Assembly: GCA_000432595.1 (NCBI GenBank)
Contig: HF996868.1
Location: 65,241-129,240, forward strand
DNA length: 64,000 nucleotides
From: Clostridium sp. CAG:710
GTDB lineage: Bacteria; Bacillota_I; Bacilli_A; RF39; UBA660
Direction: 5' to 3'
A model generated the notes under the pieces. That model made no database searches. It was not told the origin of the DNA and was given only the letters and a program-made list of their open reading frames with translations. Positions 9,337 to 19,481 of this stretch are shown piece after piece (positions within the stretch are counted from its first letter, which is position 1; each line of letters opens with the position of its first letter). The translations under genes were made by a program, and so were the position numbers.

Positions 9337-9368
9337 AAAGGTTTGAAATTTCCTTCAAACCTTTTTAT
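9337..9368. terminator. Bidirectional rho-independent terminator
   Basis: AAAGGTTTGAA-ATTTCC-TTCAAACCTTT hairpin followed by TTTATTTT, sitting between convergent genes. Confidence 0.8.
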
Positions 9369-11125
9369 TTTGTTAGTTTAATTTTTCTTTTATCTTCTTC
9401 TAATATATAAATGTCTTTTTCTATGAAACTTATTCCTGTTTTGGGTACTACTTCTTCTTTTTCTTTTTCATTGTTTATATTTATTTCAAGTACTGGAATT
9501 TCACCTTCATATTTAAATTCATTTTCATCATCTACTTCAAAATAGATTTTATTCTTATTTAGTTTATATCCTGCTGGTGCTTTTATTTCTTCGATATAGT
9601 ATTTCCCTGCAGGTAGATTCTCTATTTCTATTATTCCATTTATGGTTATGAATTCATCTTTATTATCTATTATTAAATACTTTCCTTCTTGGATATCATA
9701 TATTTTGAATATAGCACCATTTACTATTCTTTCTCCTGTTTGAGAATCTTTCTTTTTTATTATTATCTTCGCTGAGAATTTTTCATCATGAAGATCAAAT
9801 CTCTTTACTTTTGTAGCCTCATCTATTTTCACGGTGAAATCATCTACACATTTATAGTTTTTCATACTATTAAGCTGATGAAATTTATATGTTCCATATG
9901 GAAGAGTAATGTCTATTTTACCAAATTTGTCGGTTGTCACTACCTTTACTTTTTTACCTTCTTTATTATATATTTCAAATGATACACCCTCTTCTAGCTT
10001 TTCATCATAATACTTATATATTTCTATTTTTCCCTTATATACTTCATTTTTAAGATTTAACTCTTTATGTGTATTATTTTTATCTAAAACAACCTCATAT
10101 TCATTTAAATCTAATTTATATCCCTGCATACTTTTGGATTCTTTTATAATATATTTTCCAAATGGTAATTTAATAGATGTTGCCTCATAATTATTATCTA
10201 TTACTAGAGTATCAACTATTTTATTATTTGAATCATAAATATTATATACACTTCCTATCAAAGATCCTTCTCCCTGTGGAAATTTTTTATTTGTATCTAA
10301 ATCTAATTTATTTATTTTTATTGTTCCACTTTTTACATTAACTTTAATGGTAATATCTATCTTAGAAATTTTACCTGGTGTCATTATATTTTGATGTTTA
10401 TTATCTACAAATACTACACTTGGTCTATTATAGTTTTCTTTCCTTTTTAATTTTATAAAAGAAGCTGATTCATCATGTGTTGTTACTGTCATTTTATTTC
10501 CGGATATTTTAACATCGATATTATCACTTTTAGATTCAATTTCATAATCTTCCAATACTTTTCCCGAATCAGTTAGAGTATTTGTACTATTTATGGAAAA
10601 TGTTAAATCATCAAATGAAAAACTTGGTACTTTATTATGCTGCTCTACTAATTTTTCTATCTGTTTTATTTCTTTATCATATATATCTATCTTTTTTCCA
10701 TTTAACTTATCTGTGAAATAAAATTCTGCATCCGGTTCAATTACTCTCCATATCATAATTTGTGTAATTGAATACCATTTATCTTCTTTATGATTTTTAT
10801 ATCCATATCCATAATATGCAATTTTAGTTATCTTATCCCAAGCTTGTTTACTTATTCCTAAATGCTTTTCTTGATTTTCTGAATATGACTTATAGTTTTC
10901 ATTATACTTCATTACTTCAAATGGTTCAGTACAATAACCTATTCCATCATCACTTTTCTTTCTTATAAACTGTGGCTGTTTTGCCTGTGTTTTATCTTTA
11001 CTCACCTTTTTTATATAAATATCTTTTATTTTTTCGGCACCATAGAATGCATCATCATAATTAGAAGCATAAACTCCTGTAATACTAACAAAAAATAACA
11101 TTAAAGCCAATAATAATTTTTTCAT
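9365..11125 (-). CDS. Secreted adhesin-like protein: putative thioester (TQxxIW) domain, three SpaA/CnaB-type domains and a VPKTG motif
   Basis: It has a signal peptide MKKLLLALMLFFVSITGVYA. GYCTEPF (Cys65) and TQIMIW (Gln122) fit the thioester-domain motifs [YFL]C-x-[DE] and Q-x-x-x-W. There are three repeats ending in xGxYxxxExxxxxGYK, e.g. LPAGKYYIEEIKAPAGYKL. The C-terminal VPKTG is not followed by a hydrophobic anchor. Confidence 0.6.
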   Translation of the reverse strand: MKKLLLALMLFFVSITGVYASNYDDAFYGAEKIKDIYIKKVSKDKTQAKQPQFIRKKSDDGIGYCTEPFEVMKYNENYKSYSENQEKHLGISKQAWDKITKIAYYGYGYKNHKEDKWYSITQIMIWRVIEPDAEFYFTDKLNGKKIDIYDKEIKQIEKLVEQHNKVPSFSFDDLTFSINSTNTLTDSGKVLEDYEIESKSDNIDVKISGNKMTVTTHDESASFIKLKRKENYNRPSVVFVDNKHQNIMTPGKISKIDITIKVNVKSGTIKINKLDLDTNKKFPQGEGSLIGSVYNIYDSNNKIVDTLVIDNNYEATSIKLPFGKYIIKESKSMQGYKLDLNEYEVVLDKNNTHKELNLKNEVYKGKIEIYKYYDEKLEEGVSFEIYNKEGKKVKVVTTDKFGKIDITLPYGTYKFHQLNSMKNYKCVDDFTVKIDEATKVKRFDLHDEKFSAKIIIKKKDSQTGERIVNGAIFKIYDIQEGKYLIIDNKDEFITINGIIEIENLPAGKYYIEEIKAPAGYKLNKNKIYFEVDDENEFKYEGEIPVLEININNEKEKEEVVPKTGISFIEKDIYILEEDKRKIKLTK

Positions 11126-11186
11126 AATCTATTCGATTACCATCACTCATTATTATTATAGTGGATATAATGTTATTTTCCTAAAT

Positions 11187-13229
11187 TTATTGATTATAAA
11201 TTATTAATTGATGTTGTGTTCTTGTACAAGCAACATAGAACAAGTTCTTTTCATCTTTTGTATATTTATTGTCTTTCTCTGTATATATTATTGCAGAATC
11301 AAATTCTAGTCCTTTTGAAACATATGATGGGATTACTAAAAGTTTCTTACTAAACTCAACTGTGTTAGAGTTTACAAGTGAAATATATTCATATTTATCT
11401 TTAAGTAGTTCATATATTTTTTTAGCTTCTTTATCATCTTTTGTGATAATTGATACATTTAAGTTTTGTTTAAATAGTGTTTCAATATCATTAGTTAATA
11501 ATTCTAATAAGTTATTTTTTTCTTCTCTAAATAATATTTCTCTATTACTCTTATCTCTTATAGCGGATACATGGTTTAAATTTAATATTTTATTAGTATA
11601 TTTAATTATTTCAGGGCTTGATCTATATGTTTTTGTTAATTCTAGATACTTAGTATCTTCAAATATCTCACTTAATTTATTTAAGCTTTCGTACATATAA
11701 TATGGATTAATAGTTTGATTTACATCACCTAGAATAGTAAAACTTGCAGATTTAAATATTTGTTTAATTATCTTATATTGAAGAAATGAATAGTCTTGTG
11801 CTTCATCTATTACAACTTCTTTAATATTTCCTTTGTATCCAAATCCTTCTAATAAGCCTTTAATGTATACAAATAAGCAAGCATCTTCATATTTAATTAT
11901 TTTATTATCTTTTAAATAGTTTATATCTTCTGGTAATATTTTCCCATTATAATTGTTGATGAAATACTCACTTGTGTAAAAGTCCATATATATTTTTTTA
12001 TAATCTATATCTACATTCATTGTTCTTTTTAATAGTGCCCTAATTTTACTTTTAGCTGTTTTCTTACCTTTGTAATATAGATAACATAGTTTTTCACAGA
12101 TTGCATCTATTCTATCATAGAGATTAAACTTAGAGTATCTGTCTTTAAATAAGTAATTTAATTCTTCTTTTGATATTTCAAAATCATGTGTTGATATTTT
12201 ATCTGTAAAGGTAATATTATTAACAAATGCTTCTACATATTTATTAATGTGATCAATTATTTCATCACTTTGTTTATATTTTACCAATTCTTTATTTGGT
12301 TCATTATACTTATAATATCTTTCCACAAAATTTGTGAATGATTCAACATCTTTGTACTCAAAAATAAACGTAGTTAAAAAATCACTAAATGTGGTTTGCA
12401 TTGTATTGTCTTCGCCAAGTTCTGGTAGAACGTTTGAAATATATTCTGAAAATACTTGGTTTGGTGAGAAAATTAATACATTGTTTGATTGTAAATTTTC
12501 AATTTTATATAAAAGAAATGCAATCCTATGAAGTGCAACCGATGTCTTACCCGAACCAGCAATACCTTGAACTATTAGGTTTTTATCTTCCACATTCCTT
12601 ATTATTTGATTTTGTTCTTGTTGAATTGTGTTAACAATGTTTTTCATTTTTTCACTTGATGAATTCGATAGTACTTCTTGTAGTATATCATCATCAACAT
12701 TTAAACTATTATCAAATACTCTTATTAATTTACCATCTTCTATTTTAAATTGTCTTTTATTTGTTATGTCACCAGTTATAAAACCTTTCGGTGCTTTATA
12801 CCTTGCAGGTCCTACTCCATAATCGTAGAATAGTGATGATACAGGAGCTCTCCAGTCATATATTAGATGTTTTTCTCCATCTTCTAGATGAGTTAATCCT
12901 ATATAAATTTTTTCGGTATCAAAATCACTATCTTTAAATGTTATTGCGCCAAAGTATGGACTATTTTGAATTTTAAATAATTTTTGGAAATATTTTCCCT
13001 TGCTTAATGCGATATTTACTTCTACATCATTAATTGCAACCATGCTTTTCATTTCTTGTGGGTCCATATCATGCCTTGCATCCCACATAAATTTTTGGAA
13101 CTCTTGAATTTTTTCCTCTTTGTCATATAATTGCTGTCCCAAATCAGAAATTTTTTCATTGATTACTTTTTTTGTTTGATTAAGTCTTTCTTTTTCTTCT
13201 AGCAAGTCTTTTTCACTTATACTACTCAT
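11187..13229 (-). CDS. helD: HelD-type UvrD-like helicase (RNA polymerase recycling factor)
   Basis: Preferred start MSSISEKDLL at 13229, with an AAAGGAGG RBS. It has the Walker A QGIAGSGKTSVALHRIAFLLY, DEAQDYS, and the C-terminal VSKGLEFD...YVACTRTQH. The architecture and the N-terminal coiled extension are typical of HelD. Confidence 0.8.
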   Translation of the reverse strand: MSSISEKDLLEEKERLNQTKKVINEKISDLGQQLYDKEEKIQEFQKFMWDARHDMDPQEMKSMVAINDVEVNIALSKGKYFQKLFKIQNSPYFGAITFKDSDFDTEKIYIGLTHLEDGEKHLIYDWRAPVSSLFYDYGVGPARYKAPKGFITGDITNKRQFKIEDGKLIRVFDNSLNVDDDILQEVLSNSSSEKMKNIVNTIQQEQNQIIRNVEDKNLIVQGIAGSGKTSVALHRIAFLLYKIENLQSNNVLIFSPNQVFSEYISNVLPELGEDNTMQTTFSDFLTTFIFEYKDVESFTNFVERYYKYNEPNKELVKYKQSDEIIDHINKYVEAFVNNITFTDKISTHDFEISKEELNYLFKDRYSKFNLYDRIDAICEKLCYLYYKGKKTAKSKIRALLKRTMNVDIDYKKIYMDFYTSEYFINNYNGKILPEDINYLKDNKIIKYEDACLFVYIKGLLEGFGYKGNIKEVVIDEAQDYSFLQYKIIKQIFKSASFTILGDVNQTINPYYMYESLNKLSEIFEDTKYLELTKTYRSSPEIIKYTNKILNLNHVSAIRDKSNREILFREEKNNLLELLTNDIETLFKQNLNVSIITKDDKEAKKIYELLKDKYEYISLVNSNTVEFSKKLLVIPSYVSKGLEFDSAIIYTEKDNKYTKDEKNLFYVACTRTQHQLIIYNQ

Positions 13230-13248
13230 AAAACCTCCTTTATACGCC

Positions 13249-13283
13249 AAAAAACGAACCTCATTAAAAGTGGATCGTTTTAT
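13249..13283 (-). terminator. Weak terminator-like hairpin in the helD leader
   Basis: The minus strand reads AAAACGATCC-ACTTTTAATGA-GGTTCGTTTTTT (one T.T mismatch), only about 20 nt upstream of the helD RBS. Confidence 0.35.
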
Positions 13284-13353
13284 TTTTTTATTTATCAAGT
13301 TTAAACAAAATGCACAAGTTAAATTTTACAATATTTTTTATTTTGTGTCTAGT

Positions 13354-14256
13354 CTATTTTACATAATTTTTCAATACTTTAATAACGGGTCTTACATAAT
13401 TTTTATTTGTTGCCTCATCTAACATATAGCTTCCTCTTTCTGTTACCACATATATATGACTATATTTTGAAGTTCTTAACCACCATGTTTTTGTATTTTC
13501 ACTTGCTAGCCAATTACCTTCATTCCAATCATACCCGAATTCCATTTGATCTCTTAGCGTTATATACTCATCTGAAGTTAAAAGTCTAATTTCTTTTACT
13601 CCTGATTTTTCTTCTATCATATTTAATACCGCATTATTTATATAATAACCTATATTATTCTTATCGACAGTTGTATATTCAACTGAGTTTTCGGTATCAA
13701 ATTCTACTGTATCGGATTCATCTATTTTACCATCTCTATTTAAATCAAATGGCAATTTACTAATTAACTCTACTTCCTTCTCATCAATACCAGTATCTTT
13801 TATTACATACCATTCTGTACCACTAAAAGTTACCTTTTCTCCTGCATTAAATGATTTAAATGTAAATATTATTGGTTCTCTTTTAAAAATTATAATTGGT
13901 AATATTACAGCAATTATTAATACCGATAATATAGATATCAATATTACTTTTTTCTTCTTTTTATTACCATTTATGTTACTAATGATTCTCTTTATCTTAT
14001 CTAATACTGTTTTAAATTTAGATTTTACGATATGTAAAACTTTACTTTTCTTAGTCGTTTTCTTAGCATTAGATTCAATTTTTTGAGTTTCAACATCATT
14101 TTTGATTTCTTTTACCTTATTTACATTATTATTTATAGAAGGTTTTGTTTTAATCACATTTTTTTTACGTGATTTATTAGACTTCTTTGTTTTAACCTTA
14201 TTCTGGCTCTTATTTTTTTGCTTTGTCTTTCCTATAACCATCTTACTTTTTTTCAT
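13354..14256 (-). CDS. Single-pass membrane protein with Lys/Asn-rich cytoplasmic tail and extracellular domain ending WWLRTS...VRPVIKV
   Basis: 300 aa: a ~100-aa K/N-rich N-terminus, the TM VILISILSVLIIAVILPIIIF, and a C-terminal WWLR..(x)..VRP motif seen in a family of uncharacterised Firmicute surface proteins. Confidence 0.7.
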   Translation of the reverse strand: MKKSKMVIGKTKQKNKSQNKVKTKKSNKSRKKNVIKTKPSINNNVNKVKEIKNDVETQKIESNAKKTTKKSKVLHIVKSKFKTVLDKIKRIISNINGNKKKKKVILISILSVLIIAVILPIIIFKREPIIFTFKSFNAGEKVTFSGTEWYVIKDTGIDEKEVELISKLPFDLNRDGKIDESDTVEFDTENSVEYTTVDKNNIGYYINNAVLNMIEEKSGVKEIRLLTSDEYITLRDQMEFGYDWNEGNWLASENTKTWWLRTSKYSHIYVVTERGSYMLDEATNKNYVRPVIKVLKNYVK

Positions 14257-14303
14257 ACTATCTCTTCCTCAAAACAATTATAGCATGATAATTAAAAATT
14301 AGA

Positions 14304-14328
14304 ACAAAAAAAGACTATTTCTAGTCTT
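14304..14328 (-). terminator. Rho-independent terminator of the alpha operon (after rplQ)
   Basis: The minus strand reads AAGACTA-GAAA-TAGTCTT followed by TTTTTTGTT. The stem overlaps the rplQ stop codon. Confidence 0.8.
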
Positions 14329-14674
14329 ATTCTTCAACAAGTTCTAAAACTACTAGTAAAGCATCGTCTCCGCGTCTTTCATCTAGTTTTAAGATTCTTG
14401 TATATCCACCATTTCTTTTAGCGTATTTGCTAGCTAAATCGTCAAAAACAATTTTAACTGCTTCAGTGTCATTTTGTAAGAATGCTAGTGCTTTTCTACG
14501 TGAGATTAAATCTCCCTTTTTTCCATAAGTAATCATTTTATCAACAAATTTTCTTACTTCTTTAGCTCTAGTTTCAGTTGTAACTATTTTTCCATTCTTT
14601 ATAACATCTTTAGTTAAATTAGCAAGCATGCTTCTTCTGTGTTTATTGTCAACACCTAATTTTCTGTATGCCAT
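14327..14674 (-). CDS. rplQ: 50S ribosomal protein L17
   Basis: [20 protein letters not shown]...; it follows rpoA as in the alpha operon. Confidence 0.97.
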   Translation of the reverse strand: MAYRKLGVDNKHRRSMLANLTKDVIKNGKIVTTETRAKEVRKFVDKMITYGKKGDLISRRKALAFLQNDTEAVKIVFDDLASKYAKRNGGYTRILKLDERRGDDALLVVLELVEE

Positions 14675-14688
14675 AATTTTCCTCCCTA

Positions 14689-15639
14689 CTAGTCGTCATC
14701 ACGTAATACAAGTCCTAAATCTCTAACTTTGTCTAAAACTTCTTTTAAAGACTTTTTACCTAAATTACGGATTTTCATCATATCATTTTCACTTTTATTT
14801 ACTAGGTCTTGTAGAGTGTGGATTCCAGCTCTCTTTAAGCAGTTATATGCTCTTACTGAGAAATCCAAATCTTCAATTGTAGTTTCTAGTGCTTTTACTT
14901 TTGGATCTTCTGTTTTTTCAATCATCATTCCAGTAACATTTGCAATATTACTTAAGTTAGTTAAAATATTAAAATGTTCAATTAAAATTCTTGATGCTAA
15001 TGCAACTGCTTCTTCTGGTTTGATTGAACCGTTAGTCCATACATTTAGTATTAACTTATCATAACTTTCATCTTGACCTACACGTGCGCTTTCAACATCA
15101 TATGAAATTCTTTCGATTGGAGAGTAAATTGAATCTATTGGTATTACACCAACTTTTTTAATATCAAGAAGTTTTTTATTTTCTTCACTCTTAACATATC
15201 CTCTACCACTTGTTACAGTCATTTCCATAACTAATTTTCCACCTTTAGCAACATTAGCGATTACTAGGTCTTTATTAATTATTTCGACGTCACTATCACA
15301 TTCGATATCTCCAGCAGTTACTGGTCCTTCTTTTGTTACATTTAAATGAATTACTTTCATTTCTTCAACGTGTTTTTTAATAACTATTTTCTTTAAGTTT
15401 AATATAATAGTTGTTACATCTTCTACTACACCTTCAAGAGTTTGGAACTCATGTAATGCACCTTCAATTTTTACACTACTAATTGCAGCTCCTGGAAGAG
15501 ATGATAACATTACTCTTCTTAATGCATTACCTATAGTAATACCAAATCCTCTCTCTAATGGTTCAAGTTCAAATTTACCATAGAAATTACTTTCTACATA
15601 ATCAGTTATTTTATAGTTTGGTTTTTCAAATTCTACCAT
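14689..15639 (-). CDS. rpoA: DNA-directed RNA polymerase subunit alpha
   Basis: Preferred start [11 protein letters not shown] at 15639, with an AGGAGG RBS. The sequence [21 protein letters not shown] and the C-terminal [19 protein letters not shown] are present. The longer ORF-track start would overlap rpsK. Confidence 0.97.
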   Translation of the reverse strand: MVEFEKPNYKITDYVESNFYGKFELEPLERGFGITIGNALRRVMLSSLPGAAISSVKIEGALHEFQTLEGVVEDVTTIILNLKKIVIKKHVEEMKVIHLNVTKEGPVTAGDIECDSDVEIINKDLVIANVAKGGKLVMEMTVTSGRGYVKSEENKKLLDIKKVGVIPIDSIYSPIERISYDVESARVGQDESYDKLILNVWTNGSIKPEEAVALASRILIEHFNILTNLSNIANVTGMMIEKTEDPKVKALETTIEDLDFSVRAYNCLKRAGIHTLQDLVNKSENDMMKIRNLGKKSLKEVLDKVRDLGLVLRDDD

Positions 15640-15658
15640 GAAACTACCTCCTTTATTA

Positions 15659-16042
15659 TTAACCACGTGGACGTTTTGGTGGACGACATCCATTATGTGG
15701 AATTGGTGTAACATCGTTAATTGCAGTTACTTCTAATCCTGCAGTTTGAAGTGATCTGATAGCAGTTTCTCTACCAGGACCTAAACCTTTAACATAAACT
15801 TCTACTTTTCTCATACCAATTTCATAAGCAGCTTTTCCTGCAGCTTCTGCAGCAACACCAGCAGCAAATGGAGTTGATTTTTTACTACCTTTGAATCCTA
15901 ATGCTCCACTTGATGACCAAGATATTGCATTACCTTCTTTGTCTGTAATAGTAGTAATTGTATTATTAAATGTTGAATGAATATGTGCTATTCCCTCTGG
16001 AACATTCTTTTTTACTTTTCTTTTTCTAGTCTTATAAGCCAT
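15659..16042 (-). CDS. rpsK: 30S ribosomal protein S11
   Basis: [18 protein letters not shown]... and conserved operon position. Confidence 0.97.
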   Translation of the reverse strand: MAYKTRKRKVKKNVPEGIAHIHSTFNNTITTITDKEGNAISWSSSGALGFKGSKKSTPFAAGVAAEAAGKAAYEIGMRKVEVYVKGLGPGRETAIRSLQTAGLEVTAINDVTPIPHNGCRPPKRPRG

Positions 16043-16077
16043 TTCTTTGACCTCCTTTTACTATTAAACCTTAATTA

Positions 16078-16443
16078 TTATTTCTTTTTGTTAGCTACAG
16101 TCTTACCTTTTCCTTTACGAGTTCTTGCATTACTTCTTGTTGATTGTCCTCTTACAGGTAATCCTTTTTTATGACGAGTTCCTTCATATGAATTTATTTC
16201 CATCTTAGTTTTAATATTCATATTTACTTCACGTCTTAAATCTCCTTCAACGTTATATTTAGAAATTTCATCACGAATTAAATTTAATTCATCATTAGAT
16301 AAATCACTTACTTTTCTAGATGGAGCAATTTTAACTGCTTCTAGAATTTTATTTGATCTTTTTCTACCAATACCATAAATATATGTTAGTGCTATTTCAA
16401 CATGTTTATCATTAGGTATATCTACACCTTTAATACGAGCCAT
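16078..16443 (-). CDS. rpsM: 30S ribosomal protein S13
   Basis: [26 protein letters not shown]... Confidence 0.97.
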   Translation of the reverse strand: MARIKGVDIPNDKHVEIALTYIYGIGRKRSNKILEAVKIAPSRKVSDLSNDELNLIRDEISKYNVEGDLRREVNMNIKTKMEINSYEGTRHKKGLPVRGQSTRSNARTRKGKGKTVANKKK

Positions 16444-16461
16444 ATTTTACACTTCCTTTCA

Positions 16462-16575
16462 TTAACCTTGTCTTTGTTTGTGTTTTGGATTTTCACAAAT
16501 AACCATTACTTTGCCTTTTCTTTTTACAATTTTGCATTTTGCGCAAATCTTCTTTGCTGATGCTTTTACTTTCAT
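16462..16575 (-). CDS. rpmJ: 50S ribosomal protein L36
   Basis: Not in the ORF track (too short). Reverse-complement translation gives [37 protein letters not shown] with an upstream GGAGGG RBS, between infA and rpsM. Confidence 0.93.
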   Translation of the reverse strand: MKVKASAKKICAKCKIVKRKGKVMVICENPKHKQRQG

Positions 16576-16588
16576 TTTATCCCTCCTA

Positions 16589-16804
16589 TTATTTCCTATA
16601 GGTTATACGCCCACGTGTTAAGTCGTAAGGTGATAATTCTAACATTACAGTATCCCCCGGTAAGATGCGAATGTAGTTCATTCGTATTTTACCAGAAACG
16701 TGAGCTTCTACAATGTATCCATTTTCTAATTGTACTTTGAATTTACCACCCGGAATGATTTCTAGAACCTTTCCTTCAACTTCAATTGTATCGTCTTTTG
16801 CCAT
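16589..16804 (-). CDS. infA: Translation initiation factor IF-1
   Basis: [15 protein letters not shown]...[27 protein letters not shown]. Confidence 0.97.
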   Translation of the reverse strand: MAKDDTIEVEGKVLEIIPGGKFKVQLENGYIVEAHVSGKIRMNYIRILPGDTVMLELSPYDLTRGRITYRK

Positions 16805-16808
16805 CTTT

Positions 16809-17564
16809 TCACTCTCCTGTTAATATTTCATATCCATCTTTTGTAACAACAACAGTATGTTCAAAATGAGCAGATGGACTATCATCATCAGTAAGTATTG
16901 TCCAACCATCATCTAACATGTATATATCAGCAGTTCCTAAGTTTAACATTGGTTCTACTGCTATAACCATACCTTCTTTTAATACTGGACCTGTCCCTTT
17001 TTTACCATAATTTGGTACATCTGGTTCTTCATGTAGTTCTGTTCCTACACCGTGTCCAACTAGTTCCTTTACTACGCCTAAATTATGCTCTGTTGCATAT
17101 ACTTCAATCGCATTAGATATATCACCAATTCTTGCCCCTGGTTTAATTTCTTTTAAACCTTCAAACAAAGCTTGTTTAGTATATCTTAATAAGTTTTCTT
17201 TTTCTGCACTTATGTTACCAACAGGGTAAGTCCATGCAGAATCACCATGATATCCTTTATAACAAGCACATATATCTATTGAAACTATATCACCATTTTT
17301 TAATTTACGTGGCCCAGGAATTCCATGTACAACTTCTTCATTTATGCTTACACATAATGTTGCTGGATATCCTTCATAACCTTTACAAGAAGGTATTGCA
17401 CCTTTGCTTCTTATGAACTTTTCTGCAAGCCTATCAAGCTTTGCAGTGGTAATACCTTCTTTAATGTAAGGTTTTAAATATTGATGTGTTTGATAAACAA
17501 TATGTCCTGCTTCTCTCAACAATTCAATTTCTCTTTGACTTTTGATTTTAATCAATTTATTCAC
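16809..17564 (-). CDS. map: Type I methionine aminopeptidase
   Basis: 251 aa with the metal-ligand context GDIVSIDI...HGDSA...VGHGVG..LHE...EP; it lies between adk and infA. Confidence 0.95.
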   Translation of the reverse strand: MNKLIKIKSQREIELLREAGHIVYQTHQYLKPYIKEGITTAKLDRLAEKFIRSKGAIPSCKGYEGYPATLCVSINEEVVHGIPGPRKLKNGDIVSIDICACYKGYHGDSAWTYPVGNISAEKENLLRYTKQALFEGLKEIKPGARIGDISNAIEVYATEHNLGVVKELVGHGVGTELHEEPDVPNYGKKGTGPVLKEGMVIAVEPMLNLGTADIYMLDDGWTILTDDDSPSAHFEHTVVVTKDGYEILTGE

Positions 17565-18218
17565 CTAGTCTTTAATTAACTTTTCAACTTGCTCCAATGT
17601 ATATTCGCGGCCTTTACTTCCGTCTACTACTTGAAGCACCCCTCTATTTTTATAAAATTCAATAAGTGGTGTTGTACTGTCTATGTAAGTTTGATATCTA
17701 ACTTCAAGTGATTCAATGTTGTCATCTTTTCTTTGATATAACTCACCATTACATTTATTACAAATACCAGGCTTTTTAGGAGCCATTTCTTCACTATAGA
17801 TATTGTATATAGCACCACAGTCTTTACACATATATCTTCCTGTAATTCTCTTTACTAACATTTCTTTAGGAATATCTATTAATATTACCATTCCTAAATC
17901 TCTTCCGGATTTCTCCAAAATCTTATCATATTCTTTTGCTTGTTCAAGATTTCTTGGAAATCCATCTAATATATATCCATTATCACAAGCAGGATCATTT
18001 AATTTATTTTCTAGTACAGAGTAAACTATTTCTGGTGTAACTAACTTTCCTGCTGTCTGCATTTCGTTAATTTTTTTACCAAGTTCATCACCTTTAGCAA
18101 CTTGTTCTCTTAATAAATCTCCTGTTGAAATATGAACATAATTATATTTTTCAAGTAAATCTTTTGATAAAGTCCCTTTTCCTGCACCTGGTGCAGCAAT
18201 TAAAATCAAATTTTTCAT
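17565..18218 (-). CDS. adk: Adenylate kinase (zinc-lid type)
   Basis: P-loop AAPGAGKGT and a lid with CKDCG...CNKCNG. Confidence 0.96.
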   Translation of the reverse strand: MKNLILIAAPGAGKGTLSKDLLEKYNYVHISTGDLLREQVAKGDELGKKINEMQTAGKLVTPEIVYSVLENKLNDPACDNGYILDGFPRNLEQAKEYDKILEKSGRDLGMVILIDIPKEMLVKRITGRYMCKDCGAIYNIYSEEMAPKKPGICNKCNGELYQRKDDNIESLEVRYQTYIDSTTPLIEFYKNRGVLQVVDGSKGREYTLEQVEKLIKD

Positions 18219-19480
18219 TATCTTCTACTATATCCCTTCTTATAATTTCTTGAAACAAGACTACCTTCTAGTTGTTTATAAGTTTCAAGTGCAACTCCGA
18301 CAACTATTAGTAAACTTGTACCACCAATTGTTACTGCTGAAGATAATCCAGATAAACTACTGAATATGATTGGTAATCCAGCTATTATTACTAGGAATAC
18401 ACCACCAATTATAGTTAACTTAGATAAGACATTTGAAATATATTTTTCTGTGTCCTTACCTGGTCTAACACCTGGAATAAATCCTCCATTTTCTTTTAAA
18501 TTCTTTGCTAAATCTTCTGGTTTTAATTGAATGTAAGTATAGAAATAAGCAAAGAAGAAAATAAGTGCAACAAATATTATAAAACCAACAGGTTTAGTAT
18601 AAGTTAAGTAATTATTAACAAAATTTATAAACTTTTCATTTTTTACCAATTGTGCTATTGTTGCTGGTATTGCAAGTAAGCTTGAAGCAAATATTACTGG
18701 CATAACTCCCGCTGTATTTACTTTTATTGGCATAAATGATTGATTACCATAAGCACTAGTAGACTTATTAGCATATTGAATAGGAATTTTACGTTCTGCA
18801 AGTTCTACAAATATAACTCCTACTATTATTAGGAAATATACTATTACGAACAATACAAATAGTAAAATACCAAGCCATAATGCAAATTCACCTTTAGTTA
18901 TTAATTCTTTAAATGCAGTTATAAACATGCTTGGCATTGTAGCAACAATACCTGCAAGAATTATTAATGAAATACCATTACCAATTCCCTTTTGTGTAAC
19001 CTGGTCTCCTAACCATAGAAGAAATGCTGTTCCAGCTGTTAATATAGTTGCAACATACATATAATCCATAGTAGTTTTACCTGATCCTAAGAACGCATAT
19101 GCAAATGCAAATCCTTCAATAAAGGCAAATATTATACCCATATATCTAGTTATTTGATTTAATTTTTGACGTCCTACTGGACCCTCATCCTTTAGTTCAC
19201 TAAAATATGGAAATATATCCATTTGTAATAATTGAACTATAATGGATGCAGTAATGTATGGCATAACTCCTAAACCAAATATTGAAAATTGCTTTAGTGC
19301 TCCACCACCCATTACATTTATTAATTCAAGAAATCCTAAATTAACTGTTACATCGGCAGTACCTGGAACTTGAACTCCAGTACCAATAACAAATATCATT
19401 AATGCACCTAAAGTGAAAAGTATTCTTAATCTTAAGTCTTTGTTAGTAGGCGCAAATAATTGTTTCATTGTTTGAAACAT
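18218..19480 (-). CDS. secY: Preprotein translocase subunit SecY
   Basis: 420 aa polytopic protein with typical SecY sequence, located between rplO and adk. Confidence 0.96.
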   Translation of the reverse strand: MFQTMKQLFAPTNKDLRLRILFTLGALMIFVIGTGVQVPGTADVTVNLGFLELINVMGGGALKQFSIFGLGVMPYITASIIVQLLQMDIFPYFSELKDEGPVGRQKLNQITRYMGIIFAFIEGFAFAYAFLGSGKTTMDYMYVATILTAGTAFLLWLGDQVTQKGIGNGISLIILAGIVATMPSMFITAFKELITKGEFALWLGILLFVLFVIVYFLIIVGVIFVELAERKIPIQYANKSTSAYGNQSFMPIKVNTAGVMPVIFASSLLAIPATIAQLVKNEKFINFVNNYLTYTKPVGFIIFVALIFFFAYFYTYIQLKPEDLAKNLKENGGFIPGVRPGKDTEKYISNVLSKLTIIGGVFLVIIAGLPIIFSSLSGLSSAVTIGGTSLLIVVGVALETYKQLEGSLVSRNYKKGYSRR

Positions 19481-19481
19481 A

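Noticed and set aside
9365-9440. A frameshift that might restore a hydrophobic anchor after VPKTG in the adhesin
   Set aside because: Neither alternative frame of the last ~70 nt encodes a hydrophobic stretch, and the terminator starts right at the stop. The missing anchor is therefore not a simple one-base sequencing artefact.
15640-15714. 25-codon N-terminal extension of rpoA in the ORF track
   Set aside because: It would overlap the 3' end of rpsK. The conserved RpoA N-terminus MVEFEKP begins at 15639, with an AGGAGG RBS in front.
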